Below, piece after piece: positions 27,203-41,490 of a DNA stretch of 58,504 nucleotides. Within the stretch, counting starts at the first letter, position 1, and each line of letters opens with the position of its first letter. Origin of the DNA: Catajapyx aquilonaris (lineage: Eukaryota); the NCBI GenBank assembly GCA_000934665.2, contig KZ538123.1, positions 62,001 through 120,504 of the forward strand, given 5' to 3'. The notes beneath the pieces were generated by a model. That model was not told the DNA's origin and ran no database searches. It worked only from the letters and a program-made list of their open reading frames with translations. The position numbers and the translations under genes were made by a program.

Positions 27203-28900
27203 GCAAAAGTCATCCCCAGCATATCGACATTAACAGTACAGATTGCTGCACTGATTGTTTTGGACCAATGAAATGGAAGATGGCCTCCTTTAGAGAAAAA
27301 AAACAATATCGAAAAAGTGAAACAGTCTGCTGGAATCACCGAAAAAGTCACTATGACGTTTGTCACAAGAAACTGGGTATTCTGTTTTTATCTGCCAAAA
27401 AGCTGCAAATGGGGATATTTGAAGAGTTGTGCTTACAGAAATAAGCCTTCAAGTTAGAAGACTGGGAAAGCAACATCACTGCTGCTATCCGGACTGTTGA
27501 TGTTGACATGCTGGGGAGGAACTCCGATAATATAGGGATTCGCGTAGCATCGTGTTCGAGTGCTGTGTAGAGGTCGCTGAAGGGTCAATTACAGCACTTA
27601 TTGTGAATGTTTCTACATTCTTATGGACTAAGGTACGGTACAGTTTAAACCAAACCTCCTGTTCTAGATTGAATGGGAAGAAAAATGCAGCTGGTTCTTT
27701 GGTGGGGACTACCTTAGTGAAACACCCTGTATTACTTTCATAAAGCAGATCAGGAGAAGGACACAGCCTCTTGGCGTCCCCTGGAGGCCAGCCCCTAATA
27801 TGGATAAAGACCGATTTCTCATAGCAGCATTGTAGAAAAGATGGCTCTTTGTTCCCATAATCTTGAATCATTTCCCTTTCATGCACCTTACGAACCAGTA
27901 TGCAGTAGTTAAAATTAATATTCTCCTTCCAAAGTCTTTCAAGTATTACGAAACCGGCATTTACTAACTCAGCACTCATGTGGCTCCCCCCAAATCAGTC
28001 TAATTTTGACCCCCTGCCATTTGTGTCTCAGCTACCGGTCTTCGCTTGTTGGCGAACGTCAATGGGCCAGTTTTCCAATGTTTCATAACAAGCAAAATGG
28101 CACCGTGTTGATTCTAATTCCAGTCTCATAGTGACTTTGACCTGGTTCTCAATATGCTTTTGATCACAAGCGAGACCTTTCCAGTGCAGAGGCAGGTAAG
28201 GTCGTATGGACGCAGATCCAATCCAATGTGGCCTTTATTTGGCACAAATTGAGCAGTAGTTGTCACTAGGGTAGATTTAGCATCGAGAAATTAAATGCGG
28301 TCCTGCCACCTGTGGTCCAGTGTTGACAGCTGTGCCCTACAAAAGCTTATTTTACAGAATAATACAAGCAGGGAAAAATGAAGCAATATTTGATGACATT
28401 TATGGCTTGTGTTATTCTTTCCCTAATCTGCAGTGTAGTGCCATGATTGGGATGTCGATGGCGTCATTTAGACTTTAACTAGATAATTTCATACCTAACT
28501 TGTTTACAGTTGTGTTGGTGCTATTTCGAGGCTAACTGTAAGTGGGAAATATTGTGGCGATAAGAAATTTTTGAGGAGGATTTCGGACCACTCAGACCGG
28601 TCAAAGTGGACGACTTCACTTCAAATCCCCAGTTTGTTCTTCAATATAGCTATAATCCTTGTCGTAAATTTGATGTTGACATCGTACTATCCGATTTATA
28701 GGACGCAGTATTGATAAAATAATTGCTAAGCTGTTAACTAAGAAGGTGTAGAGGAATTGAAGGAACAATGAAAAATTATATTGGATGTTTCGATACTCTA
28801 TTGATAACGATTATTTCAAATATAGTGAGCCCCCGTTATCAAAGGAATCTTTATCTGCAGTTCCAGTTACCCGCAGCTTGAAATATCATTAAATCCATAT

Positions 28901-30590
28901 GAGGCATTCCATGTCAAGTGGACCACCCTTTTCCATGACCTCCTCCAATTTTGACCAAATTCGAGTATGGTGTACGGAACATATGTATGTACAGTACGTA
29001 ACCAAGTTTGTTTGGCTCTACGACACGTGGTTGCAAAATTACAGGGTGTCAAATACGCCATTTTTCATGCATTTTTGCTCCGTTCGCTGTCACTTAGATG
29101 GTCATATCTCCTAGAAGGTCAGGTCAGATCACATACGTACATGACAGGTGCATTTGAAAGGGATTTCTATGCTCTATGAGATGGTCATACTCAAAATTGA
29201 AAATACAATAATTTTAAATCAAAGCTGGCGGCCAAAATTCTGATTTTAATATTGATCAATGATCGCCCCCTACGATTTCTTTTGAACAGCACGTAAAATG
29301 ATAAGGGTAATGGTTACGTCAGATTTCCGCAAAATCTGGAGAACCGTTTTTGGATATTTACGAAATATAAAACTATTTTGGTGCAAGACGCGTACCACCG
29401 TATGTGTAAGTCACCTCAATTAACAATAAAATTATTCGAATTTTGTTACGTTAAAAATTCTTGCTGCGCATCATGAGACTGCCTGATTCTACTTCTAGCA
29501 CCGTTGGTAATAATAAAAACCGATTTCAGTGGCAGACTTTTAAAAAAGGATTTGCTGCATATAATTAACAGAGACGCCCATTTTTAAACGGCGCCTGTAT
29601 TAACTTTTTGCGGCTTATTTTTTTACTCGCCAATCGAAATCGGTATTTATTATATTCTCCGTAGAGTGCTTATATCGAAATCAGGCTTTATCCCTATGTG
29701 CGGCAAGAATTTGTAACGCAAAATGCGTAATTCTATTGTAAATTGAGGTGATTTACTGTGGTACGTGTCTTGCAGGAAAAATATTATTATATTTGGCAAA
29801 TATCCAAAAACGGTTCTCCAGATTTTGCGGAAATCTCAAGTAGGGCCTAAACATTACCCTGATCATTTTAAGTGCTATTCAAAAGAAATCATAGGGCGCG
29901 ATAATTGATCAATATCAATATAACAATTTTGACCATCACTTTTGATTTACTATTTCTTTATTTTCAATTTTGAGTATGGCCATCGTCTCATAGAGCATAA
30001 AAATTCCTTTCTAAAGCACACATCAAATATAAGATTTGACCTGACCTTCTCCGAGTTATGGTCCTCCAAATGAGGTGACTATATTTTCGGGACGCGTTTG
30101 GAACCAAAAAAGTTATTACTGTTGGCAAATATCGAAAATGTGTTCTCCGTATTTTTCGGAAATGCCAAGTAAACATTGCCCTTGTCATTTTAAGTGCCAT
30201 TCAAAAGAGATCGTATAGGGGACAATTAATAAGCAATATCCAAATCAAAGTTTTGGGCGCCATATTTGATTGTAAATTTTTGTATTTCTTAAAAATAAGC
30301 ATGACCATCTCATATAGCATAGAAATACCTCTCAAATGCACCTGTCATATATGAGATTTCACCTGACCTTCTAGGAGATAATTATGGCCATGTAAGTGAC
30401 AGCGAGCGGAGCAAACATGCTTGAAAATTGGCATATTTGACACCCTGTAGTTTTGCAACCACGTGTCGTATATCCAAAAAAAACTTGATTACGTACATAA
30501 GTACATGCATGGGCTGTACACCATTCTCGAATTTGGTCAAAATCGGAGGAGGTCATGGCAAAGGGTGGCCCACTTGACGTGGAATGCCTC
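28901..30590. mobile_element. Foldback-type non-autonomous element with very long TIRs (Sola-like, GAG...CTC termini)
   Basis: gaggcattccatgtcaagtgg / ccacttgacgtggaatgcctc; inverted similarity runs ~650 bp to a centre near 29585; 4-bp flanks ATAT/ACAT. Confidence 0.8.
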
Positions 30591-33500
30591 ACATATTAAA
30601 TAAAAATATATTACATTTAAAATACAACACACCGTATGTTTATTGCAGTAGAGTAGACTTCATAAGCTATCCCATTTTACTGTTTTTGTTGATGTCTTAA
30701 TATGCATTATGTAATTTAAACTTATAGCACGTATTGTAAAAAAAATTATACAGTATACTCTATGCAGGGTTCCGTAGTATCCGCGGGGGAGGGGGCTTGG
30801 AACCAATTACCTGCGGATAACGGGGACTCACTGAAATTCATAATATACGGAATATCACAGTATTGATTAGCATCCATATGCAAACATGCAGCATTGTATA
30901 GTGGTAATGTAATAGCGGATGACAGGCATGTGTCCTCTTAGGGGATCGTCCTCTTTTAATACTACCGATCATGTCACTATCAATATATTTTGAGAGTGGA
31001 AAGACACAGGGGAATCCCTAAAAGACCAACGCAAGCATGGAACAACCAACTTTAAATTATCTCATGAGAAAATCCATCTCCCAACATTGAAATACAACTG
31101 ATCACCTCAGAGGTGGACCGGACGGTTAAGCGCTTAAAGAGTTACACCACAACCATCCTTATAGTGGTTTTTCCAATAGCTAACAACGAGAATTTTATAA
31201 TATTCATTATTTGAAGGCACATTTCCATTTGTATAGTAATCCACTACTGCGGGAACCTGTACTGGAATATGAGAAAGACGGGGTGAACTATAGAGCGACA
31301 GCAATACAAACTACCTACAGTGGTATTATGGCAATATTCGACGCAATCACAGGAGGGCTCACATTATTTTCGTCCAGCTCTAATTTTCTTTTCCCTTTAA
31401 TTCAAAGTTTATCCCCACATTTAGAACTGAAGCTTGCTACACTCTCCAGGGAATCAAAATCCGCTCTGAGAAAATGTCTCAAAATCAATATTTTTTTCTG
31501 TTCCAGATTTCTATAAACTTAAGTAGCAGATATCCAACTACACAAGTAAGATAGGTAGGAAAAAGAAAGTACTTGTAGTGTCTCTAATAAACTGTCAAAT
31601 ATCAAAATGCCAAACATTCATGAAGCGGAAGGACAACTACAGGAATAATAAAACCTTAACAGACACCAAAGTCTCTCGATCTAGTAAGTTATTATTGTTC
31701 AATACTGTTCCATGATAATATGATTTCTTGTAGGTCAACAGTATGCCACTTTACACTAATCTTGAGGTCTACAGCAATGAAACATACTTTGGATATAATA
31801 TAGGCTATCACGATCCATCGAATTCATATGTGAAGCATCTTTCAAGGTCACAATACAAAAAGGAAAAGTTTTATCCTGGCAGTCAGGCGTCCCGTTGCAC
31901 AAAAGAGGCACAAGGTTTGCCCTTAATATCCAGGATAACATTTCCCACTCCACGGCCCCATTGACCTTGACGTAACCGTATACGTACTGTACACATTGTA
32001 CACAACACAGTCCCAAGATTATGATGTAATATATCCTTACTGTCGGTTCTTTTTTCTTACATCGATGCTAGTTATGTTTAACAGAATGCCTCAGTCTCGG
32101 TACTTGGCGGCATTTTAATATCAGTGCATCATACTATCATAGATAGAAAAACTATTATTATAAGCCTGACACTTCTTCGAAGGTTAAGTTGGCGTATAAT
32201 AGCTCCCATATTATGCAACAGGTGAGCTACTCTTAACAGGCTCTTGCTAAGAAGCATATTAAATATTATTGTTAGAGGAAGGAATATGGGGATGTCGCGG
32301 TTCGGGTCAAATAGTCTCTTACCAAAATTGTTAAAAAGGATGGTATATTTGCTGTGAACTTTTGAGCAGCTGCACCACCACTTTTGTGGCTTGTAATGGC
32401 TCGTTATTATGTGCAGTTACTACCCACTCGGTTGTCTATGCTCTGCTTTTAGTATAAGTATCGACCTTGTTTATTACTCAGTGATATAAAACAATCGTGA
32501 TAGCCCAAGGTTTAGTTGGAGCCTTTTATTACTTATTGGCATCATATCCAAAATGTCATGGCCCAATTGCAAAGTACTGTACAGTGAATATTTTCCAAAA
32601 GGCACCGTAGAATACTAATAAAAAACTTTCATGCATGTATTGTTACTGAGACAGTCAATAAAGCCTCGCAATGACCGTACCTTGATTGGAGGATTTTTTC
32701 TTATCGTATATAATTTATGTGTTAATTAACAGGAACAAACTAAACATACAAACTGTTTAGACTCCAGAATTTACAAATTGCAGAACATCACAGGATTCCT
32801 AATACCCTATTACATAGCTTTGCCGTCGGAGAATTGGGAGAATTGGGGAGAATTGGGGAGTATTGGGGAGTATTATCTGTCGCAATAATCATTTTTTGGA
32901 TAATTAAATTTTCGATTTGAGAGACATGAGATGTGCTAAAGTAGAGTCGTCTAATCAAGTGCAATATCCTGCGACGTCAGAGAAAGCATCTGAACTAATT
33001 AAGGTATTTTCTTTGTCATGCACACTCGCAAAAAATTATTACTACAACATGAGGTATTTCATGAGAAGTCTGCTTTCTTCTTCCGAAAACATAAAGTAAG
33101 TCAACATTGCATAATCATAAAGTCAATATTACCTAGTATCATTTTAAATTGGGACTAGAAAAACCCTCGCTTCGCTCACATTTTTCCAGGCCAGCGGCCT
33201 GCGGTGTAGGCCATGTTGTTAATGATGCTCATCCAACAATTATTATCCTCATCATACGCCCCTCCCGCCAGCCTCCCCCCTCCTTTGACGGCTAAGTACA
33301 CCATAATTATTATGATGTCCTGAGGGTTTTTTTTAACATTTGGCGCGCGAGGATGTGTGTAGAGAAGGCGAACTTTGCGGTTCCAAACGCGGTTCAATAT
33401 GCTCCTGCCATCTCTTGGATGGTGACTCAACTACCATTGCATCCCCAGATTCCTCCCTGTTCCCGCCAAGTTGAGTCGTATATGTCAAGGTCATGTTGCT

Positions 33501-33962
33501 CCCACGTGATCGTTTATGTAAACATGTTCCCTCAGTACAGTGTGTCCCGTAGTCTGGACTCTTAGGATTTTACCATAGTACAGTGTTGTGGTAATATTAT
33601 GTAATCATAAGAACAATGTATAGTGACTGAGTAACATTGTCAGGCCTATCGACTTTCTGAGAGCTGGACGATTCTAAAGAGTTTATTTCCGGGACACCAT
33701 GTAAATGAATTTGTTCCCGGCATTTTACAATCAAAAGGACCACCACGAATTAAAATGATTAATTTTGGTGAGAAGTTGTTATTCATTAATATCACTCCTA
33801 CCTCGCATTTTAGACAAAAAAAGAGAAAGAAGCGGCCCAAAAACCTGCCAAAAACTCGTTAAAGGGTTAAGGGTGCGCAGTTTGAAAATACGGCTCCTAT
33901 ATCTGTGGTTCCAATGATGCATGTGCTTCAAGATGGCGAACCAAGCCTACCCAATGATTGTA

Positions 33963-34125
33963 CAGTGTTGCACATTAATCGAGGCATACTGTCAGCGCAT
34001 TTTCCGAAGCGGCAGAAGAAGGAATCTTGCTCGCACGGCTTGTAGTATGCTTATATCTTCGATTCCTTTTTCTGCCGCTTCGGAAAATGTCGCTAGCAAT
34101 ATGCGTCGATTAATGTCCAACACTG
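33963..34125. mobile_element. Tc1/mariner-type MITE
   Basis: TA-cagtgttgcacattaatcga...tcgattaatgtccaacactg-TA, palindromic. Confidence 0.85.
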
Positions 34126-34333
34126 TACAACAATATACAGCTGGGCGACCCTACAGTCTGTACACATAGGTACACTGTACTCCCTATTATCCGGGCTAAT
34201 GACTGCACGGGTGTTGGCAATGAACCATCTCCATGTCACTTCCCCCCTATAGTTGTATGGATACGGTAGTTTAATTACTGTGGACCTGCACTAACCAAAT
34301 CCTCAGTTCAAGAAGGGTGAAGCGTAAGAGGTA

Positions 34334-34473
34334 CTATTGGGTTCTAATACTTTTGGCCACTTTATCCTGGTCTTGAAGCAACCCTTCGCACAGACCCCAC
34401 GTTAATGAGGTGTGTGTGTGAAGGGTTGCTTCAAGGCCAGGATAAAGTGGCCAAAAGTATTTGAACCCGATAG
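34334..34473. mobile_element. Palindromic MITE with TA TSD
   Basis: ctattgggttctaatacttttggccactttatcctgg / ccaggataaagtggccaaaagtatttgaacccgatag. Confidence 0.85.
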
Positions 34474-35309
34474 TATACTACTGGTATACGCACAATTTCT
34501 TCCAAACACGAGTTCAAAGAGACGTCACCTGTCGGAATACTGTACAATTACGTGGATTGTTGCCTTTCTTTAAACTGGTTGCTAGGGTAAACAATCTGTG
34601 ACTTTTTCATATCTTGAACACAAGATTTGGAAATTGCAGAGTCTGCATACATATTCCAATATTATATTCGTAAAAAAGTTGTTACATAATATGTCCAGAA
34701 AAATACGGTAGAACGATAATTTGAATCCCGGAGCGGAACTTACTGATATGACTCTCAAAAATTATTTCCCCAATTTGTACAGTATAATCGATACTACTCT
34801 CTACACCGAGTAACAAGTGGCAGAATCCCAAAGAAATGTTTTACGACATAGCAGCAATTTACCAAATTAAATGAACTGAACTCGATTATTGTCCGGAGCT
34901 AACAGCTCTCTCTCTCTCTCATTCAACATTAAAACACATGATTGTCATGAAACTTTACAGCCCAATCACACCGTGCCCTGGAAAATTCCACGCTCCGTCA
35001 CTGCATAAACATTTTTCCCTGGGCAGCCGTAATCGCCATAATCAACCTGCTGTCCCAAAATACTCACGTGAATGCTCCAATGACTTCAAATGAGAACTAG
35101 GCCAGTCGGGATAACTGGATGGAAACTCTGACCCCCAGAATGAAAAGTTTACAATACATAAGGGAATCATCTACTGTGTTTGATTCCGACCGATTTCAAA
35201 TTGAATGCTCCTCTTATCATGATTGTCAGGTTTGCAAAATAATATTCCCTATATCTGCTTGCCTCCACATTATATGTACTATTGCTGGAACTTATACCTG
35301 GGCCCTCAT

Positions 35310-35372
<63 letters not shown>

Positions 35373-35387
35373 AATAATAATAATAAT
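35310..35387. repeat. (ACA)n-(ATA)n microsatellite
   Basis: Direct reading. Confidence 0.95.
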
Positions 35388-37126
35388 GGGCACTAGATCC
35401 TTTAGGAATACAAGTAATTATCGTCATTTTCAAGAGGGATAAAAATATGGGCGATAGGCGACAGACATGAAAGCGATATTTGGATCCATTACCCTATACT
35501 GCAGATGAGAGCCAATGCTTGAAACTTGAAGGGTACCTGCTAATCTTCGACAACTCCCTCTCGACCGACATATTACACTCACAACTTGACCTTTGCCCTA
35601 GATTTGGCTACCATCGGTTATAGCCTGCAGAGTACCGATTTCACAAAATAATGTAGTAGGCACATTTTGAAAGGAACATAAGACTAAAAATTAACGATAA
35701 AAATTATTGTATTGGATCACTACAGTATTTAACACAAATACACGATAATGTAGTAACAATATTTCTCATAAATATTGATGTCATTCCTAAGAGGAAGATC
35801 CGGCTTTGATTCCCACCATGGACTCATCGTCGTCCATTGCATTGCTCTAAGTTCCTAAGTATGCCAGTTTGCTTTTCATATCAGTATGCAAAACTAGGAC
35901 AGGTGATGTCTGAAGTGGAAAAAATGGGGTGCTCTTATCAATTCAATTTACTGTAGGATAATATTGACGAATGTTTGATTCTACGTACAGTATTTCGCTA
36001 ACGTGGTGTTATGTACTACGCATAGTGGTAAAATTAGGCTAGATACACTTTATGAAGAGTCTCATATACTGTATTACTGTATAGGATGTCCATAAGTTAT
36101 CTCAATTTCGTATCAGTGAAAATATATCAGGTGCTCCTGAGTCAATTTCGTGTAGTGATTGTACAGCCTGGTCGTCTGGCGGTGCTCGAGAGCATGTAAA
36201 TTCTGCTATCCAGGAATGCCCACTTACTCATGAGACCAGTCGAAATTTCCACCAATCCGGATCTGAGATGATATTGGGGTCAACCGGGTCAACCTGTATA
36301 TGGACTAACGGGATGAATATATTTCTCTGTGTACCGGTACAGTATCATACGAACTATATTTAATCATGATGCAACAACTTATTCGGTCGCGTAAATAATT
36401 ATGCACGAGCATACCTGCAAGAAGTAATACCCTTAATGTATCCGAGTTACGTACTTAAAATTTAAATCAAATATACAAATTAATACGTAGACTATTTGTC
36501 ATTTTCACCCACCGGATTGTAAATATTGGGAGGGCAGCACTAGTACGGGGTCGTCTTGCCCTGGACAATAAAGTAATAGCACTTCTCCACTTGTTCTGGA
36601 GGCAACTCATCCATCATCAACAATCTGTCATCTTCAAGGTCACGCTTCTGTGCTGAACCCACTTCGTATCTTGCAATACCTTCAAAGTCATATTGTGTAA
36701 TGCACCAGTAACCACCCTGCTCAACCTCTTTACTTTCAGTGTTGCAAGGCAGCTAATTTGCAGTAAGGTTTCCAGTTAATTAATGCGGAGTTGTTAACAT
36801 ATAGTTTTGAAAGGAGCCATAATTTAGGAATTTGATGGGTTTACGCCAAATATACGAAGGCAAGATTACTATATAATCCTCAGAATATGCTATAGTCGTC
36901 GGAAAACAGCCTGAAAACAGCTCAATTTTTATTACTTGCTTTAATTCCCATAGGCAGAATGTTATAAATTGCTACAATATTCTCATACTTTTGCCCTATA
37001 ATATGCCTGCAACATGAGGTTGATCTACTCTATTGATCTCATGCCCCATGAGCTGGCCATATGCAGCACCATGTATACAGTACAAGGTGACTATACTATA
37101 TACTGTATAGGAGTGCAGCTAAAGTA

Positions 37127-37940
37127 CAGGGTGATTCTCTCGAATGGAAACCCAAACATTCCTCAATAACTTTTTAACTATGGTATGGTTCCCGATGAAA
37201 TTGGATATGTACTTACCTAGCATCATGCCAAACAAGGTGTGACTAAAGAATATACCAAAAGTGGTCCCTTCCAGCATCCCAGAATTTTTTAATCCGAATC
37301 TGCATATTGCCGAAGACTCCTGCAGATTGGCGGCGGGCATGGCTCAATCTCCCGCCCGCCCGCCTGCTTGGCGAGAGGGCATCTCAAGGCAACGGGACCG
37401 TGGCCTTGCGATGCCCTCTCGCCAAGTAGGGGGGGNNNNNNNNNNNNNNNNNNNNNNNNNNNNNNNNNNNNNNNNNNNNNNNNNNNNNNNNNNNNNNNNN
37501 NNNNNNNNNNNNNNNNNNTACCATAAGCCATGTACCAATGGCATAAGGGGCACCAGAGCATCATTTTATGTAGAGGGGTCATCATGTCTAGGCAGCCACA
37601 TCACGTAGATAATTGACCTCAACCAACTAGTATAAAATATCCTGGCAGGTATGTAAACCTTCAGCCGCCATCGCGTCACAGGTGAAGGTCGCAGCTATTT
37701 TCTGGGGGGCTACTGCCACACTGCTATTGGGGTAGTCACTAAGGGCTCTTAGAATGCAGTTCCCACCAGATGCACTGCTATTCTACAATCACGCTTAAGC
37801 GCAATCGCTACTATACGCAAATGATCAATTATCTACGTGATGTGGCTGCCTAGACATGATGACCCCTCTACGTAAAATGATGCTCTGGTGCCCCTTATGC
37901 CATTGGTACATGGCTTATGGTAGAGTTTTGATACACCCTG
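37127..37940. mobile_element. Mariner-like non-autonomous element containing a nested ~100-bp-TIR MITE (37519-37922)
   Basis: TA-cagggtg...caccctg-TA; internal near-perfect inverted repeat taccataagccatgtaccaatggcataagggg...; N gap at 37436-37518. Confidence 0.65.
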
Positions 37941-38371
37941 TAGATTTCTCAGCACCACAAATTAATGAGCGATTTTACGCTTAGCTGTCCTCAGTCCTTC
38001 ATATTGCATAATGGTGAGAATGGTTCCCTCTCACACGACTGTTTCTAATACGTTTCAAATTATTAATGAAGGTGAGGGTGAGAACGATTGGTATGAGAGA
38101 ATAGTACAGGATAATTCTAATGTGTGATAACAATGATCGAATATTTAATTCAAGGGTACGGTCGTTACGATGCATGAATGCACAAAAATTCCAAGGGGCT
38201 AATTAAAATTATAGGGCAGTGATGTAGCCGTTTACCCGTCGCGTCTGGGCCCAAATGTTACATGCAGATGAAAATATGGCGACTGTAAGGCAGGGAATAT
38301 TCCAAGCAGTACAGTATTAACGATAAGTATACTCGTGTATGCCTAAAATTATGTTTAAACTACCATTAATT

Positions 38372-38677
38372 ACCGAAGCAGTGGTAGCGGAGGGGATATG
38401 GTATATCCGACTGCTAATCGGGAGGTCCTGGGTTCGAATCCCGGGGGCCGCCGACCCTGACCGTGGTTTTCTGTGGTTTCCCATGGTCTCACCAGGAAAA
38501 TTCCGGGGTCGTGTCCGTAATTATAGGCCACAGCCGCTTCCTTCCGTCCCTATCCCATCCCCATATATGAGAAGTAAAAACGAAAGTAAGAGTTCCAGAT
38601 AAAAAAATCTGGTGGTATCCCACCCCCCTAAGAGGGCCCATGGCTCTAGCACGGGGTAGAAATTATTATTATATATT
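38372..38677 (+). mobile_element. tRNA-derived SINE
   Basis: B box ggttcgaatccc; 14-bp TSD aactaccattaatt at 38358-38371 and 38678-38691; homologous to 23644-23926. Confidence 0.9.
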
Positions 38678-41418
38678 AACTACCATTAATTAATGTGATG
38701 GGAAATACCATCACAATCTTGTTATACCATAACAACATTATGACTTAGTGTTGTACTGTACATAGTAGTGTTTTTCCCAAATATGTCTTTCAATAAGGTC
38801 TGTTATAACCAATTAGGTAGCGTAATGTTGCTGTACAGTACGTATTAGTGTGTCAGCTGACTTAAGTGATGCCTTATTTTGGACAATATACATGCTTTTA
38901 AATATAATTTGATATTTTACAGTATGCTGCTTGTTTTTTGACTAATGAGAACACAAACCAATCTTATCCCAACAGCGTTTTACATAAAATTGTATAATAT
39001 ATAGTTCCCCCTAGTACAGAAAAATGAACAGATACGGTATGCAAAAACACTTCATACTCTAATTATAATAAATGCAATTTAAAAGGTTTAATAATGACAC
39101 TTTCATTTATGTATTCTACAAAATTAGTATAGTTCTTACACAAATGTCAGTATCGCAGAATGTTCTCGTCTGCACACATTATAGGCTATACGATTATTGC
39201 TCGCGTGACTCTCAATTTTGTGCGTAAATTACAGCAAATAATTAAATCAAAATGTGCATAATGACAATAATTTGCTTGATGAATTGACTAACCACTACGT
39301 CAACTTTATATGAATGAGAGTGCAATAACATCATTATCAAATTGTTATCATTTAAAATTCTAGTGCCCACACTTTGCATTATTGCGAGTTTCCTATATGT
39401 GGCATTGTGTTCAGCAGTGCTGGGATAATAAAATAATATAAGCACTGTATATGCAAGGAATAGATAATTCTGCTCATCTCTCAAAAAATAAATTGTATGA
39501 CATTTTCTTCCCCTTACAGAATTATACGTTCGTCGCATTGATGCATTACCTTCCCCTCACTGGAAAGTAGAACCTGCCGCCTTGATTAAACACGAGGAAA
39601 ATTGCATATGACGAACAAAATTGGTGTAACTTGCACTCCAAAGAACAAGCGTTAATTTTAAACTCCTTACATGCCTTATATATCTGACAGCTTTTAGTAC
39701 ACGACGATGCTTTATACCGGTGTACTTGGTACACACGAATTTGAGTGCCATACCCGTGCGTAAGCTCGTCATTGGAGGTTTCATTAGGTCCTCCTCAAAC
39801 ACACTCCAGCATTTTCGCATCCCCCTCGAGAGAACAAAAGAAAGCCAATTCTCCCTGATTGCACGAAGCGGAAAAGAGGACAAGGCGAGTGAATTAGTCA
39901 CTTTTACGCCTCGTTTGATGAGCGTCATTGGACCTCCTGCCAACCTTCTTTGATACTCGCGATACAATACTACGCTTCATCCACCCCTCACATCTTTCAA
40001 AAACAAGAACTTGTGCTTCAAACATATGGCTTCACGTGTACTGAAGAAATTGCATTGTATGTAGTTAGCGATTACTATGACGCAAACTAGTTACACTAAC
40101 TACCCGAGCAGCTAAGTATTTTAATTTTAATTTTCTCCCTGTTATTTTGAAGCACTTGCGTGGCCCTATGCGATTAAGATGAAGAAAAGTATTTATACAG
40201 CTTGTACAAATATAAATTAATATATTATGATATTAGTCAAATCATGATGGCTTCCGTTATTAGTCTCTACCGAAGCTTAGAGCTAGCCTTATTTTTTGAG
40301 TGGGCGGAAAATTTTCAACTGAAAGATGATTGCGCAGTATATTCCCGAGCCTTTTAAATCGCGGACAAAGAAACCTCTGTGGTGAATGAAATAACGCCTA
40401 GTCTGTAATAAGGGAGGAGGGGAGGTATTGGTTGAGGCGGAAAGAGGAGCAACTGTGGCCTCATCACTCAGGGTTTCAGACAAAATTATAGATAGGAAGG
40501 AACTGGGCCTCGAGGTAATTGATTTTCAAAATGACATCGGGGCTAACCTAGGCCAGAGATTTTGGCCATTTTGCAAACTAGCAGGAGATGAGGAATAATC
40601 TTCATTGTGGGATCCCACAAGTGATTAAAGAGCGTCCAAGGGAGGAATAATATTTCTGGCAGCAAAGAAGATAATTCCGTTGCCGTAGGATAGTGGTTTA
40701 CACCTGAACCAAGCTTGGTCATTATATCAGGATAATAATTTTCATGTTGAGGATTTATTCAGGTAAAGAAAGAGTTTGGTGATAATTTTCCTGACACAAT
40801 GGGCGACAGTCTGCCTTTTGACCAAAAGGTTAAACTTAGTGTATGGCCCAGAATAACATTGTTTCGCTTCTTGCTTGGCTCAAGCTTGAGAGGTATAAGT
40901 GTTGCATAACTATTATTATGGCCATATGTGCCGCGCGATGTGAATATACTGCCTGCAAGTAGTCCTACCTGCACACTGCAGCTTCGATACTAACATCAAT
41001 CTCTGGCTAAGGATATATCAGGGAATTAATAATTTTATGCCATCCAATCCACCACTTTACATTAGTGTATCCGATTTGTAAGAGTGATTATTCCACAGAG
41101 GTGACTTCTAACACATGCATCAGTGTATCGTTTCCCTTATGACCGCACATTAAGAAGGGTCCCACTTACCTCATTAGTAGCAGCAGATCCAACATGGAGA
41201 GAGGAATAAAGTGGTAAAGGCTAGGGTGAAGGTTGTTGTTCTTTGCCAATGGTACTCAAAGCGTTCATACTTTACGTCCACAGCACATCATCTGACATTT
41301 TACTGTGACGATAAAAAGGTGTCATAATGGGTCCTGATGATTTTGTGGCCTGGATCCGACAAGTTTATGACCATCTCACATTTTGATCACAAAAAAGAAC
41401 CAAGCTAATTTCACTCTC

Positions 41419-41419
41419 A

Positions 41420-41483
<64 letters not shown>
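41419..41483. repeat. (ATT)n microsatellite
   Basis: Direct reading. Confidence 0.95.

Positions 41484-41490
<7 letters not shown>

Noticed and set aside
27485..27979. 164-aa minus-strand ORF
   Set aside because: No recognisable motif or splice support, and its 3' end runs into a decayed inverted repeat
32828..32875. Tandem 10-bp gaattgggga units
   Set aside because: Simple short minisatellite with no further structure
38372..38450. tRNA-like heads at 10000, 23926, 24463, 38372 and 57898 as tRNA genes
   Set aside because: Each continues into a SINE body with a tail and/or TSD, and the cloverleaf is incomplete
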